64,000 bases of DNA, taken from contig KZ538473.1 in assembly GCA_000934665.2 (NCBI GenBank), positions 1-64,000 on the forward strand, in the 5' to 3' direction. Both the position numbers and the translations under genes were made by a program. Numbering within the stretch: position 1 is the first letter of the stretch; each line of letters starts with the position of its first letter. The notes under the pieces are model-generated. The model saw only the letters and a program-made list of their open reading frames with translations, did no database searches and was not told where the DNA came from. Shown piece after piece: positions 11,048-22,047 of this stretch. The stretch comes from Catajapyx aquilonaris (taxonomy: Eukaryota).

Positions 11048-12569
11048 GTTTTAGTATTATAATTATAATTATAATATACATAATATTTTTTTATTATTAT
11101 ACTATTTTATTTATTATAATATATTTAATTTGTATTAGTATTATTATGGGAATTTGAAAGTAAAAAAGTAATCCGTGGCCGCATCTGGTAACCAGCCGCA
11201 GACTTCGTAAATTTTTTTGGAGCATTTAGACTAAAAAAGTGCCGTTTTCAGATTTATTCTGATGTTTGTTTGACAAGCTCTACCAGCATACCAAATTTCA
11301 GCACCCCAGGACCACTGAAAGTTCCCTTTAATTTTGGTGATCAGTGAGTCAGTGTCATTTTTTGGCCGTTTTGGGAGTTTTTAGGATTTTTTAAAGTCAG
11401 AAATGAAAAGAGATATAAACATGGAAGTACGGGGGTATTATTTTTAACCAATTTGTATCGACCCAAATAAAATTTTTGAAGCCACCTATGTTCACCAGTG
11501 CGAAGATTCGAGGGGGTCAAAATGACGTGAGTTGTGTCGGGTAAAGGTGGACCACTTGGAATCACGGGGTAATAAAAATAAAAAATAAAATAAATAAATA
11601 ATAATTCCATATGAACATTGGTCTAGTTGCACGATTTATAGAGGTTTGATTCCAATCCGTGACAGTGCGCATATTATGAATCACTTTCCGGTTTTCCTGC
11701 GGTAGTTTTGTAACAGCAAAGTGTCATCAAATATCCGCCAATTGTCAGTCGAGCCCCTAATATAAATTAATTGAGCCAATATATATAGGTGTTTGGAGAT
11801 GGTAGATATGTGTATACGTATAGCCTACGTCCCAAGTGAATATTGATTTTTTTAGCTCTACTACATAACGTAAACGGAAGGGAAAATGTTCGCCTGCACG
11901 GAAGTGTTATCGACAGTCTGTCAGAAGCCATTATTGCAAGTTATTGTGCAAGCATTGTGGAGTATAACTGAGGTGTAGCAAACGTTCTTTTAAAATTGTA
12001 CAGCAATTTATTTCCATGTCATGGATGGGTAACCGGCCGATTTGAATTTGGCAGTTATGAGGGCATTCTCATAGTTAGCTCATTTGCTTGTGGCTGCATA
12101 AGTGATGTGGTTATTTTCAAAGGAAAACAAACCATACTTTACATTGCTTCTGATGTTGTCAAACTCGCATGAAGCGTACCTTATTAATGGACCCAAATTT
12201 TAACAAATTGGAAGTGTTGCAAGGATGATGCGTGCCTTTTTACACAACAGAATACAATAATGTAGGTTGTTGTATACTTTACGTGTGACACTCAGACGCT
12301 TGCTCAGACGGCTCATTGAAAATAGCGCATAAATTTAAATTCCTCTAAACAGAGTATATACCGGTACCCTATCGATTATGCAAATGACTCACATATAGCA
12401 TAGTGTCCTCATAAATGTCGGTCTCGTTCACACAACAAAATTGATCCCGGTAATTATATTCGTCATTTCAAAAGTAATGTTTGGCTGTAGATATTTCTCT
12501 TAATTTTTCCCAACTATCAATGTCGCCACATAATTACACAGAACTTTAGCTAGACTATTGCACACAAAA

Positions 12570-12790
12570 TATGTCGATCAAGGCATTTTCGAACGTGGTA
12601 TCCGATTTTTCAAGCCTCTATCGAGCACCTTCGTCTCTATCCGGCCAGATTTTCTGAGGGCGAAGAAACATGACAAGGCCATCTGCTGAAAGGTCTGGAC
12701 TTTAGGGCGAATGCTCAAAGATGTCTCACTTGAACTCTTGGAGAAGGACGTATGGCAATGTCTGACTGCACGTGGCAGTCCTTACTACTC
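12570..12790 (-). pseudogene. Second, heavily decayed mariner transposase fragment (C-terminal part)
   Basis: Minus-strand LLQEFK*DIFEHSP*SPDLS (compare F.WE...HPPYSPDL) and, downstream, frame-shifted PR..KCLDRH. Confidence 0.7.
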
Positions 12791-15700
12791 AAAGTCTTCA
12801 ACAGTTCAATTGGGGCACCTTGAAGCAGACAGATCATTGCTCACATTTCGTCGAATGACCAGCACTCACCTTCATGCCACCTCTAGAAAAAATTTGGCAG
12901 GCGATAGTCTCAAAATGGAGGTAAATCACGCGATGGCTGCTTAAACTGCTATCAATACGGTATATCAAGTATATGTATATAGTAGATGTCCCGAAGTAGA
13001 AAGACTGATAAAATCGTCCCGTGGGAAGGGTGCTTTAACAGTTTCCATCCAGATTTGTATGCTGCCATCTGGAAACTGAAATTAAGGAAATGCCGGGGGA
13101 GGGGGGGGGGGGCAGCAACGCAATACGAGGTTAGTTGTGGGGGCAGACCAGAAAAGCTCGTTGCCTATGCAAGGGGCTTCTCTCCTCATAACTCCTAATT
13201 ATTGCAGGCGGTCCTCTCCTTGGTCTCTGTTATGTACCCTTCGTCCTCTTTTGCTAACTGGGATTTACGAGTCAAGCCCGAGATTCCCCGGAGACTACCG
13301 AGGTTCTTCCCTCCCTACCAGGGACCCAAAGGATGAAAGGAGGGATTTTGTCTCAATGTCAACCTTTGCACTTTCATTTTGTCTCTCACATTCTGGATCT
13401 TGCTCTTAACTTAGGTCTCCCCCTGTGATAGTTTTGCTGTTCTTTATTGACCTGTGGTTGTTGAACTATTTGGAGAATGGGATATAATCGGCACAATATC
13501 AAATGGTTCCAAACAATCCTTATGTTACTCCATGGATGTTTCTAGTGTTCAAGAAGTAATGCAGTGAGTTAAGTAATTACACCATATTTTCCGTCCGAAT
13601 TCCAACCTTCAAATCATGCTCCTGAGGTAATATCAGAGTGACCAAATTAATTTTTCTCGAGTACAAAATCCGAGTGATTTTATTTGTTCTGTCTCAGATT
13701 GCGATTTGTAATAGATATTTACATCAGTGATCGGCACAAAAATTTATTTGCATAAAATTGACGCGAAAATTAACTTATTGACAAAATGGCTACTGCTCAG
13801 TCATATTTACTGTACAGCCAGCGACAATTAGGGTCCACCCCATGAAAGTGTATTAGAATTAATCTCTCTGTGTGTATAAGTTATATATTCGGTTAAAACT
13901 ACGTCATTTCTACTAGCTTGTTTAGCTGCAGAACTCCCGCTACTTGATACTTTGTCCGGATTAATCATATTAGGCCCCGGTAGTTCGTACACCACTCGTG
14001 CAAGCAACTACATTACAAGTCTAGGCGGTATTTGCTGGTGTTTGGAGAGATAGAGCATTATGAATTGGGTCAAGTACCATAATGCCCCTTTTTGCCGCGT
14101 TTTTGCATTCGCAGCATTTTTTTGCACACTCGCGTGCCAAGTGAAAAGTTTCGCACATCTCTCGCCTGGCTTTTTTTTCTGTGGCGGCAAATTTCTGAAC
14201 CACATCATCACCTCGGTAGTGTAGAGTTGTCATTTTCCCTGGCGATGCTGGGTCAAGTCGATTCGGTGGAAATAAGCGTGCCTCGCATACTGTCCACGCA
14301 GAAAAAAGGACAAAAAAAGCTGCGGAATGCCCGAGCGATGGTTGTGAACGGGCATGGGGCGAGGAGAAAAGCGGGGAGGGGGTTTCAAAAAGCCTGTTTT
14401 TGGTGGAGATGCCCTTGTGGATTTAAAAGGGGTCTGCTGTACCTCAAACCCGAGCGCTTCAATAATGCATGACGCGTACTTGTGCAGCGGACGTTGTTGC
14501 ACAAATTGCAGCAAATGCACTTTGTCCCCACAGCATTCGTTTTTCCCTATACGCAGTCTATGACGGCATACCAAGCGAAGAGAGGTCTATATGTGCGTGG
14601 GTATTAGGAAACGCGGGCTCACCTGCAGGGTAGCCAACACTAACCCAGCTATAGTTTTGCTGTTTTTGCCTTCCCAAAACTTGCATGGGTATAATGAGTT
14701 CCGGCCAACTTTACCTAATCCCCCGCGTCTTTACAGCCACACAGCAAACTTGGTTTCGGAGCCTGCCTCCCTTCTTCTCCCCGCACACCGACACTCATTC
14801 CCAAAACCTGCTTTTTGCCAGAGCAAAAATGGTCCAGTGTGGGTTCAGATAATTATAATGAAAGAGAGTGGTGGTAGTGAGGAGTTGTGAGGAGGATTAA
14901 CTCCCAAATTCGAGGGTGTAGTTTAGCTGGTGTTTTTTTTAAAATCGTGTGGGTCGTTTTTTAGCTTTTAGTATTAGTGAGAAAAGTGTGCATGTAATGA
15001 TGTGCAAATGCATAATTTATGTTTTGCATGTTACAGTGTGTGTCCAGCTCACCCAATTTTATACAGAAGCTGGATAACTGGTATGACAAAAAAGGAAAAA
15101 TGGTATAGTCGCGGTAGGCTATTTAGAAAAAAAGAAAAATTTAATTAGTATAAAGTACACTGATATACTGTATATGTAACACTACAGAACTGGGATTTAA
15201 ATGTAGAGCGCTCAATCTATGCAGCAGGGTTGGTGGCAGATGCAGCTGCATATCTTAGTTATTTTAGTAATTTCTTCCCTGTATATCGGGTTCTTATTTA
15301 TAGTGCAAGTTTAATTTTTGAAATTTCCGCCTGCAGGCACGATCGAATGTGACTACCAGGCTATTTTAGGCTTTGCAGTCTGTAGAAGCGGTCCGGTCCT
15401 ATCCTATACATCCTATACTATCTCCCACCATATCTCCTTCCCTGCCGCCCCTCATTATTACCACTCTACAGTATATCCGTGCTTTTACTTCAGCCATTTA
15501 AAAACTTATTGTTATTTTTCTCCCTTCTTCCTAACCTGAATCCTATGCGACAGGGCTTCATATTATTATGTTCTAAACAGCAAAGAAAAATCCAAGTATT
15601 GAACTACTAATGTATAGGCTGGTTGCATTATTTGAAAGGTTACATGGCATACGAGAAATTTCACACTTAGAAATCCATAATCGTAACTACACACGTTGAG

Positions 15701-18700
15701 CTAGAAAGGCGTTGTGTTGATAATAATAATGTTCCTTAATCACGATTTTGCATAACCGGCTACCTTATTATTTCATGACATTACTTAGCTTTTTGGGCCA
15801 CCGTTATCAGTCTATCTTCCTATACAGTCGGCTTATTGATGTAATAAGGCCTTGTACTGTACAAGTACAACAGTCAATGCTATTCCATGACTTGAGTGTC
15901 AACGACTTTGTGTGACAGGACCAATTTCTCCACACCTTTGCCCATTCTATTTTCACTTTATACTTACATTTGGCATGCTTTTTTTTTCTTCCTGTCTACC
16001 CCTGTCAGTATCGGCTCAAGCCCCTTTTCCCATCATGCTTTGGGGTTTACGCCTGTACTCGAGGTCTGTTGACATGGCACCGTGAGGTGAGTCACAGTCC
16101 ATTCCTTCCCTTACCTCCCTTTTTCCCTTCCTCATTAATTTCTTCCCTTTTGAATCGTAACGAAATAAATCTATCGCAAGTTACCCACTTATTTGTACCG
16201 TTTATTTCGGTCACATTTGCATCAGTTCAGGCAGAAGTAACGGAAAAGCGGAAATTAGAAGTAGGTGAGGTGTGTTGTTGCAAAAAGTAGAAAAGCTCTA
16301 ATTAAAAAACTAAACTGAAAAACAAGCACAAAGTATTGTTGTAAAGTCTGCAGTGGAATCAAACCAAAGGGAGGCGAAAGCCATTGCGGCGACCCATTTT
16401 GTTACAAGTCAGATAAGTGTGGGATTTGAGCGATATGGAGAAGGAAAATTAGTCTGTTTAGATGTTAACACGGAACAGATCATGCAGTGCACGCACACAA
16501 AATAGTCTTAAAATAGAATCTGTTCCAATTGAAGCCAGTGTGAGAGCAGGGGACACGATTATGGTAGAATATATATTATTCCTATAGGGCACCACATTTT
16601 CCGTGGAGTCGGGGGATCGGTAAACGGAAGAGATCCTGAGGGTAAATTTTACCATCCATCTTGAAACCCAAGTTAGGTGCGATAGTAATTGCTAATCTCA
16701 GGCGTTAAGGGAAGATTCATCCCATCTAATGAAAGGAAATTAGGACCGGGAGAAGAATGAGCGGAAGGCAAATTTCATTGTCAAAGAGGAGCAGAGCGCC
16801 TTGATTTAAAACTATGGAGGCAGATACAGCCCCATTCTTTCAGGTTTACCCACACTCCCTTTGAAAATTTCGGCTGGTAATTACCCGGGAAATGAAACGC
16901 CTCTCTAATGATGATGCCGTAAAATAATCCAAGCAAACATAGCTGAATCATCCAGTTAGGATCCACAGTAGTTGATACGGTGAGTGGGCAGACTCAGATG
17001 GTATAACTTCTTTTCTAACTTCCTTCCTTCCTTCCTTCTCCTTATTCTTTTACAAGGACCTGGGGACTGCATTGTGCCCCCAATGCCCAAGTTTAACCGT
17101 TCGGAAATGGGCACTTGCGTTCCTGCCGACAACTTAACACCTTTTCTCTTCCCTCCATTTCCCGGCAGACTTTCTTTCAGTCAGTGTCCGTTTAGAATTG
17201 TTCATCGGTACCAAAAGAAAGGTGTAAGGGCGATTATATTCATGACGCTTTTGCACTTCATGCTAATCTCTCGGGTCATTTGGGCAGAACAATATTGCTG
17301 CGGCGGAGACTTTCATATGCAAAATAACACATATTGACCGCCTACTGTACAGTTGTAGGTATATACGCTCAGAGACAGGAAGATGAAAAGGAATTTTTCG
17401 TGAAATACGGTGCATATTAATATGCAACGTCCAGTGGTTCAGAAGCGTAGTGTGATACCATAAGAAAAACTTCTTTTTCAATGGTGCCCTGACCATGACA
17501 ATTACATAGTTTACTCTTTACAACCGTTCCGATAGTTACCTTTAGGCCCATAATCAGATAGCAACCTATTCGGCATCTTGAGTGAGTTTATGCAAGTCAG
17601 CGTCAAATAAAGGCTCCCGAAACGTTGAGTTAAAGCGACAAAGGTGCTGGTGAGTCTATTCACATCCTCCCAAGACACGACCGCCAACTTTCACCTTGTA
17701 CATAAGTTCACTTACCGCCGTCAACGTGAGAGCCCCTGCTGACATCACTGCCTCGCTCCGGTCGAGTAGAATCCATCCATCCATCCGTCCATCCATCCTC
17801 TTTCGCAACCAGCCAGCTGCGCACGAGACACTAATAAGAAGAAGAAGAAGACACCCGAGGCAAGTAGGCCACAACACTTCTTACTAATTACAGTCCAAGT
17901 TTTCTGAATCTCCAACATTCATACAGACCTGTTACTGCCCAACTGATGGCATATTGCAGCGGGGTTGTTCATCAAATGCATGCGGCATATTTTCACCTGT
18001 GCTTATATCAAAGACCACCTATAGGTGGTCTTTTGATCCCCCACACAGCTCATGTATTCCATTATTTGACTTCAAGCAGCCACTTGACCTCAAACTGCAT
18101 CATGCCACACGGATAGTCTATCGCTTTGTATTCAAGAGATCGCCTGTAAGACGCCAATCAGCGGGAAGGGTTGCAACGTTGCTCACGTATTGTGTACAAA
18201 ATCTGTGGACTATACCATACTGTAGCATAATTATTCAATTTCAGATCCTTAATGTTATTTTATTATAGGCATATCCATTATTTTTTAAATATCTCGCTAC
18301 ATGCTCCTTTAAATGAAACATATCGCTGGACTTCATAAACAACTACATTTGCTTCAATACGGAAGGCGAGATTTTTATTGCAATGTCCAGATTTCGGTAA
18401 TGAAATAACAATTTGGCCTGATCTTTCTGTAATCTTGGAACGACCAACCGTTATCGAAGTAGGATTATGCAGTATGCAGATCTTTTCCATACGAACACCA
18501 CAATTTAGTGGATTGTGGTCCATCTGTGACGTTGCCTTAGCGTCATGACCAATGTCTGGGAGACCGAATCAGGCATTAAAATGCGTTTCCCACTCCTCAT
18601 CTTATACATATATTCCAACAACGTATGTCTGTACGTTCGCGATGCAAATAAATACGGAGGCCACGACATATGCCCCAGGGGGATCATTAGGGGTAGTTTT

Positions 18701-18796
18701 TAACGGGGAAGGTTTTCAGCACATTGGACTTGACCTCCGAGGTCATCCTTGGCCGCAGAGGCGAAAAGGCAGAAAAGCAGGAACCCCGGGTGTAGC

Positions 18797-18885
18797 ATCG
18801 ATACGACGCATGCAAAATATATCGATACGTTACGTCACACTCATCGTATCGATACTTTGCTCCCTCTTTTTCTTTCCAAGATGGC
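18797..18885. promoter_or_regulatory. Cluster of DRE-like sites plus a YY1/Pho-like motif
   Basis: TATCGATA at 18820-18827 and 18847-18854, ATCGATA near 18797, CAAGATGGC at 18877-18885. Confidence 0.3.
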
Positions 18886-19104
18886 TTCCATTCCTTTCAC
18901 AATTAATGTTCGATTAAAGGAATCCCGCCTTATCTCTGCCTCCTAGGTATAATCTGGACCCGAGAAGGTGCCACGGATGCCACAGGGAAAGGTCACAGGT
19001 CGGTGAAGGTCGGGAGAGTCGAAGCGAAAGGAGGGGGAAGCCTGGAACAATAATTAGGACATTTCTTGCAGCGGCCACACTGTACATGAGATTTGGTGTT
19101 CTTT

Positions 19105-19325
19105 GTTGACGTTGATCAGGCAACCTGTTGCAATTCTCCGTTTTCGATCTGTGTGACGTTCGATTCATTCTATGTACTGTATGTAAGAATAACGGTTGTG
19201 GTTTGTTTGCTCAGGCAACCTGTCGTTGACGTTGATCAGGCAACGTGTTGCAATTCTCCGTTTTGGATGTGTGTGACGTTCGATTTACTCTATGTACTGT
19301 ATGTAAGAATAGCGGTTGTTGTTTG
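19105..19325. repeat. Tandem duplication, period 120 bp, ~1.8 copies
   Basis: GTTGACGTTGATCAGGCAAC..TATGTACTGTATGTAAGAATA starts at 19105 and 19225 with a few substitutions. Confidence 0.92.
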
Positions 19326-19514
19326 GACTTCATGCACATGCAATATGCTCCATGTTGCAGGTATGCCAACATTGTATAGCCATAATTATTGCAAAGGTAA
19401 CTAGCAAATCAATGAGTCACTCCTATGGAAAAGTATTTCATAGCCCGAGCAACGCCAGATATCCTGCCAGTGTTAAATATGGCAGGGTTATGCTGGAGCT
19501 GACAACAACATCTC

Positions 19515-19559
19515 CACGGAGGCTTGAGTCATCCAGGTTGGATGACTCAAGGCTCCGTG
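19515..19559. mobile_element. 45-bp hairpin mini-MITE with 8-bp TSD
   Basis: 21-bp arms (1 mismatch), 3-nt loop GGT, CA..TG termini; AACATCTC at 19507-19514 and 19560-19567. Confidence 0.88.
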
Positions 19560-19769
19560 AACATCTCTTCCCAAGTGTTGGGGTCCTTTTAGTTATCACA
19601 AATTTTTCCACGTTGTTATTATTGTGTAAATTTTTTCGCCCAAATCGAGGTGCCAGACTCGGCCCGACTATTTCCAGGTGTGGTTTTACATAGCAGTTGC
19701 AATATACAACAATATATTGGGCACCTTGCTTTGGCGAAAAAAGCTACACAATAATACGAGATAGCCTAC

Positions 19770-19860
19770 CAGGAGTTCTCAACCTTTTCGGGCCGTCACA
19801 CCCCTTTGAATGCAGTTGGTCCTTCTCGCACCCCCTACCAGACGTGATCAACGATCCCCC
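19770..19860 (+). mobile_element. Truncated hAT-type MITE end
   Basis: CAGGAGTTCTCAACCTTTT resembles the common hAT TIR CAGGGGTTCTCAACCTTTT; no partner TIR found. Confidence 0.45.
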
Positions 19861-20112
19861 NCCCCCCCCCCTCAATTTAGTTTTAACAATTTTGCCGCTT
19901 TTCATGCTGGCTGTCGATAATAATCCTTATTCCAAGCACCAAATTCGTATTAGCAACCGAAATTTTCCTTTGTGCAAGTCGTTTATGGGCTGTGCCACAT
20001 ACAGTACATTAGTACAACATTGTCCGATTTGGACTTATAGTCCATAGTACTCTTCTCCGCACCCTGCCCCTGCACACTGCCAGCAAGCGGCATTGAAAAA
20101 GAAGAAAAAAAC

Positions 20113-20160
20113 TTCCAATGCCGGGAATCGAACCTGGGCCTCCTGGGTGAAAGCCAGGTA
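20113..20160 (-). pseudogene. tRNA-Glu(TTC) 3' fragment
   Basis: Minus strand TACCTGG-CT-TTC-AC-CCAGG-AGGC-CCAGGTTCGATTCCCGG-CATTGGAA gives anticodon arm, T arm and 3' acceptor strand, then a T-run; D arm and 5' acceptor strand are missing. Confidence 0.75.
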
Positions 20161-20796
20161 CTGGGTACTCCCCTGGTGTCTGGCGGATCCTACTCGGAGA
20201 CAGATTCTCGTGTCTCCTTCGATCTCCCGACACTGCCTGGCCTTTTATGGACAAGGGCATGGAACTGGGATAACGTTACAGGGTGGTCCAAAATTCCATA
20301 TCATCATGTCCTTTTGCGTTGACACATCCTGCAACACTTGGATGGTATGGCCACTGCCTAAGTGTACCGGTATCTCTTTTATATACGTACAATGCGAAAT
20401 TAACACTGAGTTGCTCCGGGAGGGTCGCACATACCTGTGAAGTCCTGAAAAGCGTTACCACGCGGCCACCTAAGGCGATAAGAGGGGAGAGACCAGACCT
20501 TACTATTCTGAGACCATGGTCGAGGGTGTTGGACAGAGTGGGTTCGAGAGCTGCAGAATACAACATGAGCAAGCCAGATGCATATTGAGAGTACTTCTTA
20601 CACACGTTCTTTCCCCGATTCAAAAATGACGTACATTAGGATACTGGGTTAAAGTAACTAGTGCCCATACTCCCCTAATGATCCACGGAGGTAAACTGGA
20701 CCACAGCCGATTAATTTGTATAGTGTCATGAGTCCTCTCCTTTGTCCCAGAATATTGGTTGAAACAAAGATTCAGGGTCGTAAATTCAATAAATTT

Positions 20797-21126
20797 GGGG
20801 AGGCGAAGTGGCGCTGCGGTAACGTATGCACCCGCGGATGTTAAGGTCCCGGGTTCGATCCCAACCCGGGGTTCCCCCCTTCATCTCGCGCAGAGTGAGA
20901 CCGTCTCTGCCTTCGTTTCGGGTGGCGATCCTTCCACATAGGCCACCCGGGGGAGTTCACAAAACGGCACATCAAAGACATTGCATACGCACTTTGCACA
21001 TCCCCTCCCAGTTCTCTGCCCGTGGGTCCGGGCGTATTCAAAAATAGACAAACAGCCCTTTCCTTCCAATGGTGGTAATCCACCCCCCTGTAGACCCAAC
21101 AGGTCATCATGGGGTAATTAAAAAAA
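20797..21126 (+). mobile_element. tRNA-derived SINE, family B copy 2
   Basis: A box TGGCGCTGCGG, B box GGTTCGATCCC, A tail, TSD TCAATAAATTT(GG) starting at 20786 and 21127. Confidence 0.93.
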
Positions 21127-21156
21127 TCAATAAATTTGGTATATTTATGTAATTTT

Positions 21157-21850
21157 GTGGGGTGACTTTGGACACAGGTAGGAAGTACATCATAGTTGTA
21201 GGAGGAAGGTCTCACCAACACTACAGGACTGAGGACCTCGCATGAGCTGTGCCCGCTAATGAGAAATGCAAAGTTCTTTACATCAGGCAACAAAATCAGT
21301 AAAAGGACCAGGTCCCATGCAGCACTATTTCGGACATGGTTCTTAAAAACATGCAAAGAAACACGGAGGGAAACCTGCAGTATTAACTTTTGAGGAGAAA
21401 AAGAAACATCAGTGTAGTGTTACTCCGGTGTGCTGAGTGGCCATCAAGAAACAGTTCCAGGCTTAATTAATGCGCAAAAAAATGTCGGTGCAAGAAACAA
21501 CTAAAATATGTTTCTTTCACCAACATTCATCATCAACATGAATGTCTTGTGGTTGTCCGAAAATTGGCGAATCTCAGATACCTTCGCAGAGGACGTGTTA
21601 TATTTTTAATGACATCAATGATGCTCATGTGGAATGAACATATGCAGGTATTATTTTCTTGTAGGAAATATACCCCTTGTTGGATACAGTATAGGTACCG
21701 GTACCGTACCAACGCCGTTTGTTTGGAGGTGACCTTTGTAAAACCAAGGTAAAAACTTTAATAACTTACATATACAAGTACGATGCTGCACCATTAATAT
21801 GTGTTATAATCCTACAGCGTGAAATAAAGGGGAGTCCGAAGACACCCCAC
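21157..21850 (+). mobile_element. Internally deleted pogo-like DNA transposon with HTH_psq remnant
   Basis: Inverted motifs GTGGGGTGACTTTGGAC (21157) and GTCCGAAGACACCCCAC (21834-21850); frame-shifted YRTEDLA*AV..VPCSTISDMVL/KHAKKHGGKPAVLTFEEK at ~21215-21405. Confidence 0.65.
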
Positions 21851-21855
21851 CTATA

Positions 21856-22047
21856 GTGGGGTGACTCCGGACAGCAAAGATGATTATTTTAACATCAAAA
21901 AACAACTTTTATGTGAATAACTGTTATGCTCTTCAATAAAGAACATTTCCTGCTGTCTAAGTTAATTTATTCAGAATTTTTCATTAATATTGTATTCTTG
22001 GGACAGCTGAGAAACTGCCAAAAAGCGTCCGAATAGATATCACCCCA
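21856..22047. mobile_element. Short related pogo-like MITE or subterminal segment
   Basis: Starts GTGGGGTGACTCCGGAC; degenerate inverse GTCCGAATAGATATCACCCCA at 22027-22047. Confidence 0.4.

Larger units (their letters stand above)
9873..11542 (-). mobile_element. Decayed Helitron/Helentron-like transposon fragment
   Basis: Carries an OTU protease fragment; non-coding part has ATACCAAATTTCAGC..GATCAGTGAGTCAGTG, reminiscent of insect DINE/HINE-type elements; begins TT|TACCCGACAC on the minus strand with no clear TSD. Family assignment is inference. Confidence 0.5.
9315..11597 (+). mobile_element. tRNA-derived SINE, family A copy 2, split by a ~1.9-kb nested insertion
   Basis: Head and body at 9315-~9597; tail AAAGGTGG..GGGGTAAT(AAAT)n at ~11543-11597; 15-bp TSD ATAATAATTCCATAT at 9300-9314 and 11598-11612. 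Confidence 0.88.

Noticed and set aside
18687..18746. Minus-strand ATG (MTSEVKSNVLKTFPVKNYP) next to the DRE sites as exon 1
   Set aside because: Stops after 19 codons with no good donor site.
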